A DNA stretch of 64,000 nucleotides from NCBI RefSeq assembly GCF_037042905.1, contig NC_087263.1:11410001-11474000 (forward strand). Reading direction: 5' to 3'. The notes beneath the pieces are model-generated. The model searched no databases, was not told the DNA's origin, and saw only the letters and a program-made list of their open reading frames with translations. Shown one piece after another: positions 55,401 to 64,000 of this stretch. Numbering within the stretch: position 1 is the stretch's first letter; each line of letters opens with the position of its first letter. The translations under genes and the position numbers were made by a program. Origin of the DNA: Lytechinus pictus. Taxonomy: Eukaryota.

Positions 55401-58400
55401 ACGGCGTATCCAAAGTTATTCCGAATCAGAGTCTCTCTCTACTATCTCAACAACTATTGTGTCTTTGGTGAGAAGATCTTTTTAGCATACTTTGAACATC
55501 AGGGGGAAGAGGCTGTGATTGTTGTACTCTTAAAAACTTGCTCCTAATCACAATGTCACCTGTTACCATTAGCATGTGGAATACATATAAAGTCAATGAG
55601 AATCATAAACCAAACAATCATTGAAATAATAATATACACTTCCTTCTTGATCGATACCAACAATTATAGCAAATTTAGAATGAGCCAAGAGATAAACGAA
55701 TTCATACGTGTATGTGAAGTTACAAACCCTTTTGGGGGATAAATACTAATAATGATAATGCAATTTATACATGTAATAGAGGCCACGTATATCCCATCTG
55801 TGTCCTATACGCATTTTCATATTTTGTCAGAAAACTGCGAGAGACCTATCACATCCCTAGTCATGTGTGTTATAGCGATATACAGTAGCCTCTACTTGGT
55901 TTATGAACAACAAACCAAATATATAATCTTACCCGGGAATCTTACCTTAAGAATTAATCTTCTCAGTATGACAGCATATAAAATATGGAACACGGGATGG
56001 AACAGTTTGGCATCAAAATGAAGTTGCGTTACATGTATTATTATATAGTTAGTGGAATTGGAAATGAAAGCTTGCCTTTACGTATGTTTAACGAAACTAT
56101 TTTAAAGGTAGACACCAGTCACAAGAGCCACACACTTGAGCCAGCTAGACACCCCCCCCCCCCCCCCCCCTCTCTCTCTCTCTCCCAGAACGCGACGGGG
56201 AGTTTGATGTTTAATGTGACCCGCAACGTTCGGCATGCACGCGCATATAATGGGACAGTAACTTGGACCGATTTTTGTGATAAATACGGCGAACATGTGG
56301 TTGAAAATTGGTTATATCTCCAGAAAATGCACGTATATGCAGCTAAATTTGGTATCAGTGTAAAGCATGAACTATAACAAAGACCGCCATGGTATTTACA
56401 GCGCAGCAATCGGCAGCAATTTGTAAAAGAAATGCTCATGAAAAAAAAAATTGCTAAAACCCCCCATTGGCAAATGGTTTCGTCCAAAATTGCCTCTGAA
56501 GGGATTATCATTTTATCTTGAAAATCTTTGATCACTTAAAACAATTATTCATCAAAGAGCACCGTGAATTAGAAATAAATTAAGCAATCCGTTTTGTCAA
56601 AACAGTGAAATATCTAAAATGTGTCATTTACACATGCGGTAGCCGTAAAGAGTCATTTTCCGGTAACATTGAATAAAAATGGGCAACTAATATTCAATTT
56701 AATGGAGAAATATTGTACGGAGGCATTCTACAGGTTCTTATCTTTGCTTAGAACATGAAAAAAACAAAATTTGTTTCATGACCAAAAACCAGTTTTGGCG
56801 CACTTTTGCTCTCTCCTGGGCGGCGTCAACATCAAATCTTAACCTAAGGTTAAGTTTTTGAAATGACATCATAACTTAGAAAGTATATGAACCTAGTTCA
56901 TGAAACTTGGACATAAGGTTAATCAAGTATTACTAAACATCTTGCCTGAGTTTCAGGTCACATGATTAAGGTCAAAGGTCATTTAGGGTCAATGAACTTA
57001 GACCATGTTGGGAAAATTATTTTCAAAATCTTAACCGAAGGTTAAGTTTTTGAAATGACATCATAACTTAGAAAGTATATGGACCTAGTTCATAAAACTT
57101 GGACATAAGATTAATCAAGTATTACTAAACATCTTGCCTGAGTTTCAGGTCACATGATCAAGGTCAAAGGTCATTTAGGGTCAATGAACTTAGACCATGT
57201 TGGGAAAATTATTTTCCAAATCTTAACCGAAGGTTAAGTTTTTGAAATGACATCATAACTTAGAAAGTATATGGACCTAGTTCATAAAACTTGGACATTA
57301 GGTTAATCAAGTACCACTGAATATCCTGTGCGAGTTTCAGGTCACATGACCATGGTCAATGGTCATTTAAGGTCAATGAACTTTGGCCGTGTTGGGGGTA
57401 TATGTTAAATTACCATCCTAGCTCTGAAAGTTTATGAATCTAGTTCATAAAACTTGGACATAAGAGTAATCAAGTATCACTGAACATCCTGTACGAGTTT
57501 CAGGTCACATGACCATGGTCAAAGGTCATTAAAGGTCAATGAACTTTGGCCGTGTTGGGGTATTTGTTGAATTACCATCCTAACTGTGAAAGTTTATGGA
57601 TCTAGTTCATAAAACTTGGGATATACATGTAAGAGTAATCAAGCATCAATGAACATCCCCTGTGAGTTTCAGGTCACAAAACCAAGTTAAAGGTCAGTTA
57701 AGGTCAATAAACTTAGGCCATGTTGGGGTAATTGTTGAAGTACCATCATAACTTTGAAAGTTTATGGATAGAGTGAATGAAATGTGGACATGGGTGTAGT
57801 TGACAGTCTTAAGTCTCCGTTCAAATGTCATTATGGTCAATGAACGTGGTATTATGTCATTATATGAATGATGTTTTTGTGAATGATTATTTCATAGTAG
57901 TTTTCAAAGTTAGCACTGCTGCTATATTAAATTGCGTAATGCAGGCGAGACTGCCAGAGGCGTTCCACTTGTTAAACTATCAGTGTCCAAAGTGTTGCGA
58001 GTTGGCTTGAAACAGTCTATAATGCGCCTAAGACGGGCAAAAGTCTAATACCGTACAAAATGTATAAAATACGAATGGTTCCTTAGTCCTGCTCCCAAAC
58101 ATTCAAAATCCATGTAATTTTCATCCTACTCTCTAGATTTGTAGAGGATTTTATTTCAAAGACGTTAAAATATTAAAAACATGGGGTCCATTTGCTCGTT
58201 TTTAAACTATCAGTGTCCAAAGTGTTGCGAGTTGGCTTGAAACAGTCTATAATGCGCCTAAAACGGGCAAAAGTCTAATACCGTCCAAAATGTATAAAAT
58301 ACAAATGGTTTCTTAGTCCTGCTCCCAAACATTCAAAATCCATGTCATTTTTTATCATACTCTCTAGATTTGTAGAGGAATATATTTTGAAGAGGTTAAG

Positions 58401-61400
58401 ACATTTAAACTATGGGGTCCATGTCCTCGTTTTCAAATTACCAGTGTCTAAAGTATTGCGAGTTGGCTTGAAACAGCCCAACATGCGCCGAAAACAAGCA
58501 AAAGTCTGTTAATGCCGTCTAAAATGCGAATGGTTCCGTAGTCTAGCTCCCAATCATTGAAAATCCATGTCATTTTCATCATACTTTGCACATAAATACT
58601 TTAGCACCTGAATATTCCAAATATGCAAATATTAACATGGGTCCATGTGCTTGATTTTTTGCTATAGAGCTTCAAAGTTAACCCAAAATGGATGATGTTC
58701 TTAAAAATTGCGCATCCAAAAGAATTTGGCATTTTTAGACTTCACGAGATCACAACAATGAGTTTAAAGCCCTATTACTCAGTCAAAATCCATGAAATTT
58801 CATAAAATTTTGCAATATGATTAATAATTGTATCCGTAAGATGGATAATTTATCTTTATTGCTGTCAATTGTTTGCTCATTTAAGTCTAACAACACTCTC
58901 AGTTATTAGAAATTGCGGGAAAGATACTCAACCTCAAAAATGTCAAATTTCAACAAACTTGAGAAGTGAAAGAAATGCTGCACTTTATTCAAAACCCATG
59001 TCATTTTCACCAAACTTTGCAAAGTTGTAGTGGAGGGTATACCTAAGAGGTGCAAACATGAAAAAATATGGGTTCATGTGCTTCTTTTCAAACTATCAGC
59101 ACTCTTATTAGAGCAAATGTGCCTTTCTTGAAACACCCGAAAACGCGCCAAAAGCAGTATCTATGTGAGGAAAAATTCCGAACCACTTTTCCATTTATTC
59201 AAACTCGGGGTCATATTCATCATACTTTGCAGCACTACAGAGAAACTATTTTTGAAATTGTAGAGGAATAAACAAAATGGTCCATGGAATAATTCTAGTC
59301 TATTAGCTTCATAAAATCAGATCTGCAGTTAGTGTAGAAAAGGAGAAAAATCAGCTCACATTACCTACAGCTGATTAAATCACCAGTTCATCCATTGTGA
59401 CGTCAGCGCGCAGAGCATAAAATATGCGCAGATCATGATGCGCACAAACATAACTGTGGAACGTCCTCAATATGATCTTTCATTTGATACCAAATTCGTC
59501 ATGAGAGTATTTATATTTCTGAAGATATAGTCAATTTTACGATGTTTGGCAAGCGAACAAAATTAATTTCACTGAATTCTATGGGTGTATGTAAACTGTT
59601 GGCCTCAACTGTATGTGAGGGTGTGTGGTGTTTATGTATATGTATTTAGGGGTGTGTGTGTGTGTGTGTGAGTCAGGGTGTATGTATATCTTCAAACTAA
59701 CTTTCCTACTTTATGCAGATGATTCCAACAATTTTGTCTTCTCATCATAAGAACAACTTATAAGAATTGGGAACTCCAATTGGATCAAGGCCAATAAAAT
59801 TATCAATAACCCTTTAATAATGTCATGATTTTAATGACAAGTTCAATGATTAACCAAGAAAAAAGTGATACTGCTCTTGAAATTGTTTATGTGAACAGTC
59901 AGGGTTTTAGGACTTGACAATATGTTATTATGAGAACATAATATCGATACCTTATACAAAACAGTATCCACTTTTGGGTCATCAATAAACTTCATTTCTT
60001 GTCGCACACTGCTCGCTCTTTATCATACATTAATACTACCATAAATCAACTACGGTGTAGCATGAAGACGTGCAATTCAGACAAATAACCCTTATATTTT
60101 ATTTTTTAACGCAAATTAGATCACATACATGTCTTTTTAACAATATCTTAAAGTTAATGATATTCATCTTTCCCATATCTTTGCCAATATGTGTTTAAGC
60201 AGATTATTCAAAAGCGATCTGAATTTTTATCATGTTCTATTAGAACACATCTGCACATCTTTGCTCGTCTATACACCCAATTGTCATCATTTACCCTTAA
60301 CACGTAGGCCTACTTTATTTGCAGAAAATTATTTTATGTACTCTGGACCTCCGTTTTTATTGCAATGATTGTAAAAAATCTCGCAGCAAAATCATTTTGA
60401 TACATAACCCAAATAAGAGAATGTTGATATGTTAATATATACATCCCTAGGTCACTATAATTAGTACAAACAAAGAAAGCAAATCTACGTTCGTACCTAC
60501 AACAATTTAATCCATGAAAACTCTTTATTCACCGTCCCTTTCTTTTACACGCCATGAAAAATAGGTTCATCTCTGCACCCTTAAAAGTGTAGAAAAGATG
60601 TCACACTGGAAGCACCTTTAAGGTGCAACTTTATACCTTTTTTGAAAGGTGCAACTTTGCCACTCTTGAAAGGTGCAAATTAGCAACATGTGTAAGGTGC
60701 AGAATTGCACCCCAAATTTGCTTATTTGCACCGTCAAGAGAAGTGCAAAGCTGTACTTTTCCAATATGGCACAAAGTTGCACCTTAAAAGTGCTCCCTGT
60801 GTGATGTCTCGTCTGCACTAATACCGCTTTCAGTAACTCGCTGGTCCAGACCAGGCCTGGGTTAACTCGTAAAGTTTTTAGTTTATGAATGGCGCCGGCT
60901 AAAATAGCCCACGCCCTGCCCGAACTATTTGGCGCTGCTTTTAACAGCACCAGACCAGCGCCATCGTAAAACTAGCGAAGTAGCGCGGATCTGCTACAGT
61001 TACTGAACGCTTGTGGTGAGGACTTTTTTAGTGCCGACCAGGTGCGGACCAAAAAATCACGAGTTACTTAAAATGGTATAAGACGGCCACGGATCCAACT
61101 TGACACGGTTTTCCTATTAGCTGATTAGGATGCCACCGTGCCTGGCCGCCCGCTTCGTCTGTTTTGCCAATTTTTCAGGTGGTTACGGGATTCTTCTGCG
61201 ATGCACATAATCAGAGTCAGTGATTTCTAACTCCAACTTTAATTCCGCAATAATCAATTGGCACAAACAAGAAAGAAAATGATGGATCGTGTGCGATGGG
61301 GGTATAGCCTTAAATCACACAACTATAATTGTAACGTTTAGATCCCATAAGGATTTACGAAAAGTTTCTTGAAACAGTTACTAAAATTACTATCTTTTCC

Positions 61401-62700
61401 AAACGACCTGATTCCCCAAATAAAAACTTTAAAAAATCCACGCTTAGACAACTTTTCTTACATTTATTTTTCCCTACACAATCATAATAACCGTAACATG
61501 TTCATAAAATATGCGAATTATGTTTTTTTTTTATTCGTAAATCATTCAACACATACGACATACGATAGACCCTATTAGCTCTCTGTGTCATTATTTTGGT
61601 GCAAGTTCGCAAGTAAAAGCAGAGTTTTACTGTATACACAAGAGGCACATTCATTCGCACACACAAGCAAGAAAAACACCTTTTTTTCATTGCCGAGCAG
61701 GTTGAACTTTGAGAGCATTTTGATAATGATGAAGTATGAAAGGAACTAGCTAGACTATATACGCGAGGTTCAAACTTGCACCTCCACTACCCGCTGCTGG
61801 CCTGCGCAGTGGCGCTGGCGAGTTAGGGGTGCAGCTATGCTCGAATACTCGCTTCGCACCTTTTCCCACAAAGTTGCACCTTTCTTGTAGTGTGATGCTC
61901 GTACCCTCTCCTTTTTAGCACTCCTATATTTTTCTTCTTTTCACCTGTAACCATCTTGGTTTGTTCTCTCTTTACCCTGTCTTATTCCTTCTATCCCTTT
62001 GCAATTTTGTTCCTCCGTTATGATTACTTACTTTAAATGAAGTAACGGGACTTGCCTCTAAACAAGCAATGTTTATTTTACTTTTGTCATATTCTAGTAG
62101 GATCCATGGTTTTGATGGGTTTGAATCGTAAACATGATGTAGGCCCAATTTCCAGCAAGAAATTGATCTACAATGTGCTGCGCTCAGACCAGGTGAGGTA
62201 AATAGACACCGACGGGAAGTAATAAAAAAAAATCTGAGCACCGAAATCGGTAGCCTGGCTTACCCGGGGTAATCCCGGAGCGTCTTGAGCAAGGTGGATA
62301 TGAGGAATATGGATACATGTATTAAATACTAAACATTATCCTGGGCTCCGTAACACAAAGGTTTGCAATCAATCGCTACATACTAATGACCAATCAAAAT
62401 CATCGTTGCATGAGCACTCTGTTTGAAATAATGACAGGGAGCCAATCAGTGCAGTTCTTTCGTATTTGCAATTTATCACAAAACCTTGTGTTACGGAGCC
62501 ATGGTCATCGGTAAACAAGTTTTGAAAACAGATTTCTCTCACCGTTTAAAGGCATCTTCTAGAGTAAACCTGGCTACTCCATTGACCAAGATATTCGTCT
62601 TTGCCCTGCCAATATGTGACGTCACACCAAAGTAAATGCCGGGTACACAAGCAAGGAGTGAACAGAAAAGAATCGCGAATCGCTTGTAGTTAGGAGACAT
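10256..62700 (-). CDS. Alpha-2,8-sialyltransferase family protein (GT29, ST8Sia-like), ~411 aa. Exons 62700-62543, 30592-30470, 28273-28145, 24899-24749, 19434-19313, 17635-17546, 16940-16702, 10479-10256
   Basis: The exons sum to 1236 nt in one open frame with phase-consistent GT-AG introns. Sialylmotif [33 protein letters not shown]...DAGMK...MNPS. Motif [26 protein letters not shown]. Motif III: YHYFD. Motif VS: HSMNEE. A C-terminal Cys (LNIGSC*) is typical of ST8Sia. The last six exons are secure; the first two are less so. Confidence 0.9.
12435..15865 (+). mobile_element. Academ-like non-autonomous foldback element with ~120-bp internal repeats in inverted arms
   Basis: Termini TAGACGGGTCAATATA...TATATTGACCCGTCTA, 3-bp duplication TAT, long imperfect inverted arms. 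Sister copy at 41303-44648. Confidence 0.8.
14533..14911. mobile_element. Kolobok-like MITE nested in the Academ-like element
   Basis: TTAA on both sides, termini AGTGATTGGTTAAC / GTTAAACAATACCT. Absent from the sister copy (GTCCGCTTTAAGTAGC at ~43620). Confidence 0.75.
16545..16685. repeat. Palindromic MITE-like repeat beside an ST8Sia donor site; relative at ~25305-25460
   Basis: Inverted GGCGAGTCGAAA-CAGCCG / CGGCTATTTTCGACTCGCC. Confidence 0.55.
17291..17503. repeat. (GAT/GAC)n microsatellite
   Basis: Directly visible. Confidence 0.9.
18337..18997. mobile_element. MITE (Harbinger- or Kolobok-like)
   Basis: TTAA-GGCCCAGTCCCACTG...CAGTGAGACCAGGCC-TTAA, with many internal ATCCG motifs. 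Confidence 0.7.
19549..20000 (+). mobile_element. Tc1-like left-end remnant (right boundary approximate)
   Basis: TA-CAGTACCAGTCAAAAGTTTGG, with the motif partly repeated near 19955. No matching right end was seen. Confidence 0.5.
20743..21064. mobile_element. hAT-like MITE inserted in one arm of an older inverted repeat (~20350-20452 vs ~20681-21113)
   Basis: Termini CACTAGCGTACCTA / TAGTTACGCCACTG. 8-bp duplication AGTGGCAG / AGCGGCAG with one mismatch. Confidence 0.75.
22005..22168. repeat. Long imperfect palindrome, probably the end of a non-autonomous element; similar architecture at ~48660-48798
   Basis: TATTGACTGATGGGGTGTG...CACACCCCATCAGTCGATA with nested stems. Confidence 0.65.
23671..24112 (+). 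mobile_element. tRNA-headed SINE with a Deu/Nin-like domain and a (CAT)n tail
   Basis: A-box TGGCTCAGTCGG and B-box GGTTCGAGTCC. Central GTCCCTCGGATAGGACGTTAAA...CACGTTAAAGAACCCACTGCACTATTCGAATAAGAGTAGGGG resembles the Deu domain as recalled. 3' GCGCTATACAAATG followed by CAT repeats. Confidence 0.8.
27331..28111. mobile_element. Kolobok-like MITE containing a nested TTCCGAAGGTTCG tandem/inverted array (~27630-27925); related pieces at ~25800-27147 and ~9730-9990
   Basis: TTAA-AGGACAAGTCCACC...GGTGGACTTGACCT-TTGA. Confidence 0.7.
29133..29646. mobile_element. Harbinger-like MITE
   Basis: TIR (T)ATGCTTTTCACACTGCA / TGCAGTGTGAAAAGCAT(A), flanked by CTA and TTA. Confidence 0.75.
30025..30459. 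mobile_element. Uninterrupted copy of the 6732-8334 MITE, ending ~10 nt from the putative stem-exon donor
   Basis: Same TIRs and internal sequence; flanks TAA / TCA. Confidence 0.85.
30470..30592 (-). CDS. Probable stem-region exon of the ST8Sia
   Basis: Acceptor ttttgcacacag, donor GTATGT, 123 nt, phase 2-2, open frame [40 protein letters not shown] with two N-glycosylation sequons. Confidence 0.7.
32849..34360 (-). mobile_element. Helentron-associated interspersed element (HINE/DINE-1-like) with ~163-bp central tandem repeats
   Basis: On the minus strand: T-run, sub-TIR GTCTCGCCTGCAT, nearby partial inverted copy GCGAGAC, (GGC)n microsatellite, tandem array, complementary sub-TIR ATGCAGGCGAGAC, then a short tail ending CTTGTT. 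No target duplication. Confidence 0.8.
36068..37253 (-). mobile_element. 1185-bp Harbinger-type element, inverted copy
   Basis: Reverse complement of 7057-8241; TAA at 36065-36067 and 37254-37256. Confidence 0.9.
37256..39639 (+). mobile_element. Longer monomeric relative of the same family, interrupted by a hAT-like element
   Basis: Same TIRs, extra internal segment at ~37500-37660, no internal duplication. Confidence 0.85.
37924..39428. mobile_element. hAT-like non-autonomous element
   Basis: TIR CAG(C/T)GGCGTAACAGG; perfect 8-bp duplication GATGCGAG at 37916-37923 and 39429-39436. Confidence 0.9.
39643..40828 (+). mobile_element. 1185-bp Harbinger-type element, direct copy
   Basis: Near-identical to 7057-8241; TTA on both sides. 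Confidence 0.9.
41303..44648 (+). mobile_element. Academ-like foldback element, second copy, inserted into the D-arm region of a decayed tRNA-like repeat
   Basis: TAGACGGGTCAATATA termini and 3-bp duplication CCA. The flanks rejoin to GGTCCAGAGGTTGAGGCACCGGC, matching the 405-bp family. Confidence 0.85.
44855..45622. mobile_element. MITE in a (TA)n tract (possibly Sola-like) with a reiterated TTCCAAAAGGAGCTAAATCC motif
   Basis: The motif occurs at both ends in inverted orientation and three more times internally; ATAT flanks. Confidence 0.6.
45794..45865 (-). tRNA. tRNA-like gene, anticodon TCA (copy A)
   Basis: Reverse complement of copy B. Confidence 0.6.
46153..46224 (+). tRNA. tRNA-like gene, anticodon TCA (copy B)
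   Basis: GTCTCTG TG GTCT AGTGGTTA AGGC A CCGGC GTTCAAA GCTGG GGGC CCGGG TTCGATT CCCGG CAGAGAC A. All four stems pair, A and B boxes are present, and T6 follows. Confidence 0.65.
46558..46629 (+). tRNA. tRNA-like gene, anticodon TCA (copy C)
   Basis: As copy B, but the anticodon stem is CCAGC/GCTGG. Confidence 0.65.
46866..50368. mobile_element. 3.5-kb foldback element (TAGTCCAGGA termini, possibly Academ-like) with AAAATGGCCGC subrepeats and nested MITEs (~47095-47284, 48253-48420, ~48655-49150)
   Basis: Long inverted arms (46895-47530 vs 49935-50346). It interrupts a short outer palindrome. Confidence 0.7.
51944..51989 (-). ncRNA. Type I hammerhead ribozyme (Penelope-like remnant)
   Basis: Reverse complement of the 52234-52279 motif. 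Confidence 0.75.
52234..52279 (+). ncRNA. Type I hammerhead ribozyme (Penelope-like remnant)
   Basis: GTC-CTGATGA-GC(C)GCC..GGCGC-GAAA-CC ATT GG-TA-GAC. Conserved core, minimal stem III, GUA cleavage triplet. Confidence 0.8.
54748..57973 (+). mobile_element. Second HINE copy, inserted in the T-run of a Kolobok repeat unit
   Basis: Splits GCTCGTTTTT|AAACTATCAG without a distinct duplication; same ends as 32849-34360. Confidence 0.85.
54819..56820. mobile_element. Transib-like non-autonomous element in the HINE (GGC)n tract
   Basis: Left end CACAGTGGGCCAGAATGAACCCAAAGTGCGCCAAAACC. Right end GTTTTGGCGCACTTTTGCTCTCTCCTGG lacks the terminal heptamer. CGGCG flanks on both sides. Confidence 0.65.
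59695..60400 (+). pseudogene. Highly decayed CR1/L2-type LINE reverse-transcriptase remnant (boundaries approximate)
   Basis: CTTTATGCAGATGATTCCAAC encodes LYADDSN, followed by a frameshifted WIKANK-like segment. Confidence 0.5.
62543..62700 (-). CDS. Probable first coding exon of the ST8Sia (type II signal-anchor)
   Basis: [32 protein letters not shown]...AFKR: a short basic tail followed by a hydrophobic segment. Ends CG|GTGAG in phase 2, which matches the next exon. A polypyrimidine-AG acceptor lies 18 nt upstream of the ATG. Confidence 0.7.
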
Positions 62701-63819
62701 CCTTTCACCCAGTAAAGTCTAGAAAAAAAGGGGGTCAGCAAGAAGAAATTTGTACTTGTTGAGTTCCTTCTTAATATACAAATATGATGCCTGTGTAAAT
62801 TAACGTTCCCAATGTGTTTTTCATATTGGCCCTTCTATCCCCCGAGGCATTGGCAGACGGTGATAGAAGGGCGCAGTTATGTAGTTAGGTAGTGATGATT
62901 TCCACCGTTATCCAGAGACACCAACTCTCCCGCTTTCGGCGGCAGATCTCCCGCCGAAAGACCATTTTACCAAAATATTCCGTTCTCCCGCTTGAGATTT
63001 AATATCTCCCGCCCAGGCTCTGTTTCTCCCGCTTAAGATGGATTTTCTTCCCCTTAAAATGATCTTTCTCCTACCCAAACACGTTTTTAAAAACTGCAAT
63101 TGAATTTTCATATCCAAGCAGATTTCAAGGTAACTAGAGCGTCAAAGCTGTGCGCAATCTCGTTAATTTAGCGGGCGCGAGCTATCTAGATAGCATCATC
63201 CCTCCTACAGTATAGGCCCTCCTACGTTGCATATACCAAAGAATTGATAACATGACATGACATAAATTGATTACTATATATCATTAGAATTTAAAAAGTG
63301 AGGAAATTTCTACACTTTGGTTTTTAGGAATACCATGTGAAATAATTAGAGAAGCAGTAAAATTGCTGATAACCAACTTTAAGCAATCTTACTGACCGAA
63401 AATACGTAGCTAATTTCCTAACGAAATATATCTTTTTTTTTTTGCATTTTTAATATCGTTTTTGACATCCTTATAACGTTACATATACGTAACGTGCCCA
63501 CTCTTGAAAAGGAAATCCCTTTTCACACGTGGTCCCTCGAGCTCTGGGAGGAAGCAATGTGGCTCTGGAAGCTCGTCCTAAATCGGATATATCGCTGTTA
63601 CCATAGTAGCAACCAGAATTTTGCACACGAAACGCAGATTGAATGTGTCCGTTGCGGATGCGAAACGTGAAAAAAATCTCATGTCACAAAACTTGTATTG
63701 CAGGACAGTGTTTTACGACGAGCCCAAAAGTCTCTTCCAAAATCAATATACCGTCGTAAAGTCCGTCCGCGTGGCACTACGGAGCCCGAGAGGGGACATG
63801 CATGAACATTTTTTTTTTA

Positions 63820-64000
63820 ATAAGTCGTTCCCACCACTTATAAGTCGTTACCACCACTTATAAGTCGTTCCCACCACTTATAAGTCGTTCCCACCACTTA
63901 TAAGTCGTTCCCACCACTTATATAGTCGTTACCACCACTTATAAGTCGTTCCCACCACTTATAAGTCGTTCCCACCACTTATAAGTCGTTCCCACCACTT
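63820..64000. repeat. 20-bp tandem repeat TAAGTCGTTCCCACCACTTA running off the window
   Basis: About nine near-perfect copies. Confidence 0.95.

Larger units (their letters stand above)
53273..59466. mobile_element. Kolobok-like non-autonomous element with ~235-bp internal tandem repeats
   Basis: TTAA-GGACGTTCCACAGTTA...TAACTGTGGAACGTCC-TCAA; repeated AAAATCCATGTCATTTTCATCATACTCTCTAGA. Confidence 0.8.
52813..59611. mobile_element. Old Tc1-like element hosting the nested insertions; part of the left arm is also present at ~50490-50763
   Basis: Right end GTAAACTGTTGGCCTCAACTG-TA. Degenerate left end GAGGCCAGAAGTTTACAC. The arms share TCATGACGAATTTG.TATCA in inverted orientation. Confidence 0.5.

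Noticed and set aside
62032..62055. Possible 24-nt phase 2-2 microexon (QVPLLHL) before a strong GTAAGT donor
   Set aside because: It needs a rare GAG acceptor, and the adjacent TAG acceptor gives a stop; unsupported without RNA data.
63820..64000. 20-bp array as CRISPR or telomere
   Set aside because: Head-to-tail with no spacers and not TTAGGG-type.

Overview
AT-rich, intron-rich animal genomic DNA. The repeat content suggests an invertebrate deuterostome such as a sea urchin, but this is inference only. Two convergent spliced genes can be rebuilt from GT-AG sites. (1) The last four coding exons of a cytosolic PAPS-dependent sulfotransferase (+, 1360-5507). (2) An 8-exon, ~411-aa alpha-2,8-sialyltransferase (ST8Sia/GT29) on the - strand (62700-10256), whose ~32-kb first coding intron is packed with nested non-autonomous transposons. 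Transposon types seen are PIF/Harbinger-, hAT-, Kolobok-, Academ-, Helentron/HINE-, Transib- and Tc1-like elements, SINEs and Penelope-like ribozyme remnants. The most notable observations are: a 405-bp repeat family in (TA)n tracts that carries an intact 72-nt tRNA cloverleaf with a UCA (UGA-reading) anticodon and a Pol III terminator, arranged like Penelope pseudo-LTRs; a SINE with a 7SL/Alu-like head; type I hammerhead ribozymes in inverted pairs; a Transib-like end resembling a V(D)J 23-RSS; and a MITE stacked three times at its own ends. Almost all ORFs in the supplied track are spurious. Superfamily labels rest on terminal and target-site signatures read by eye, not on database searches.
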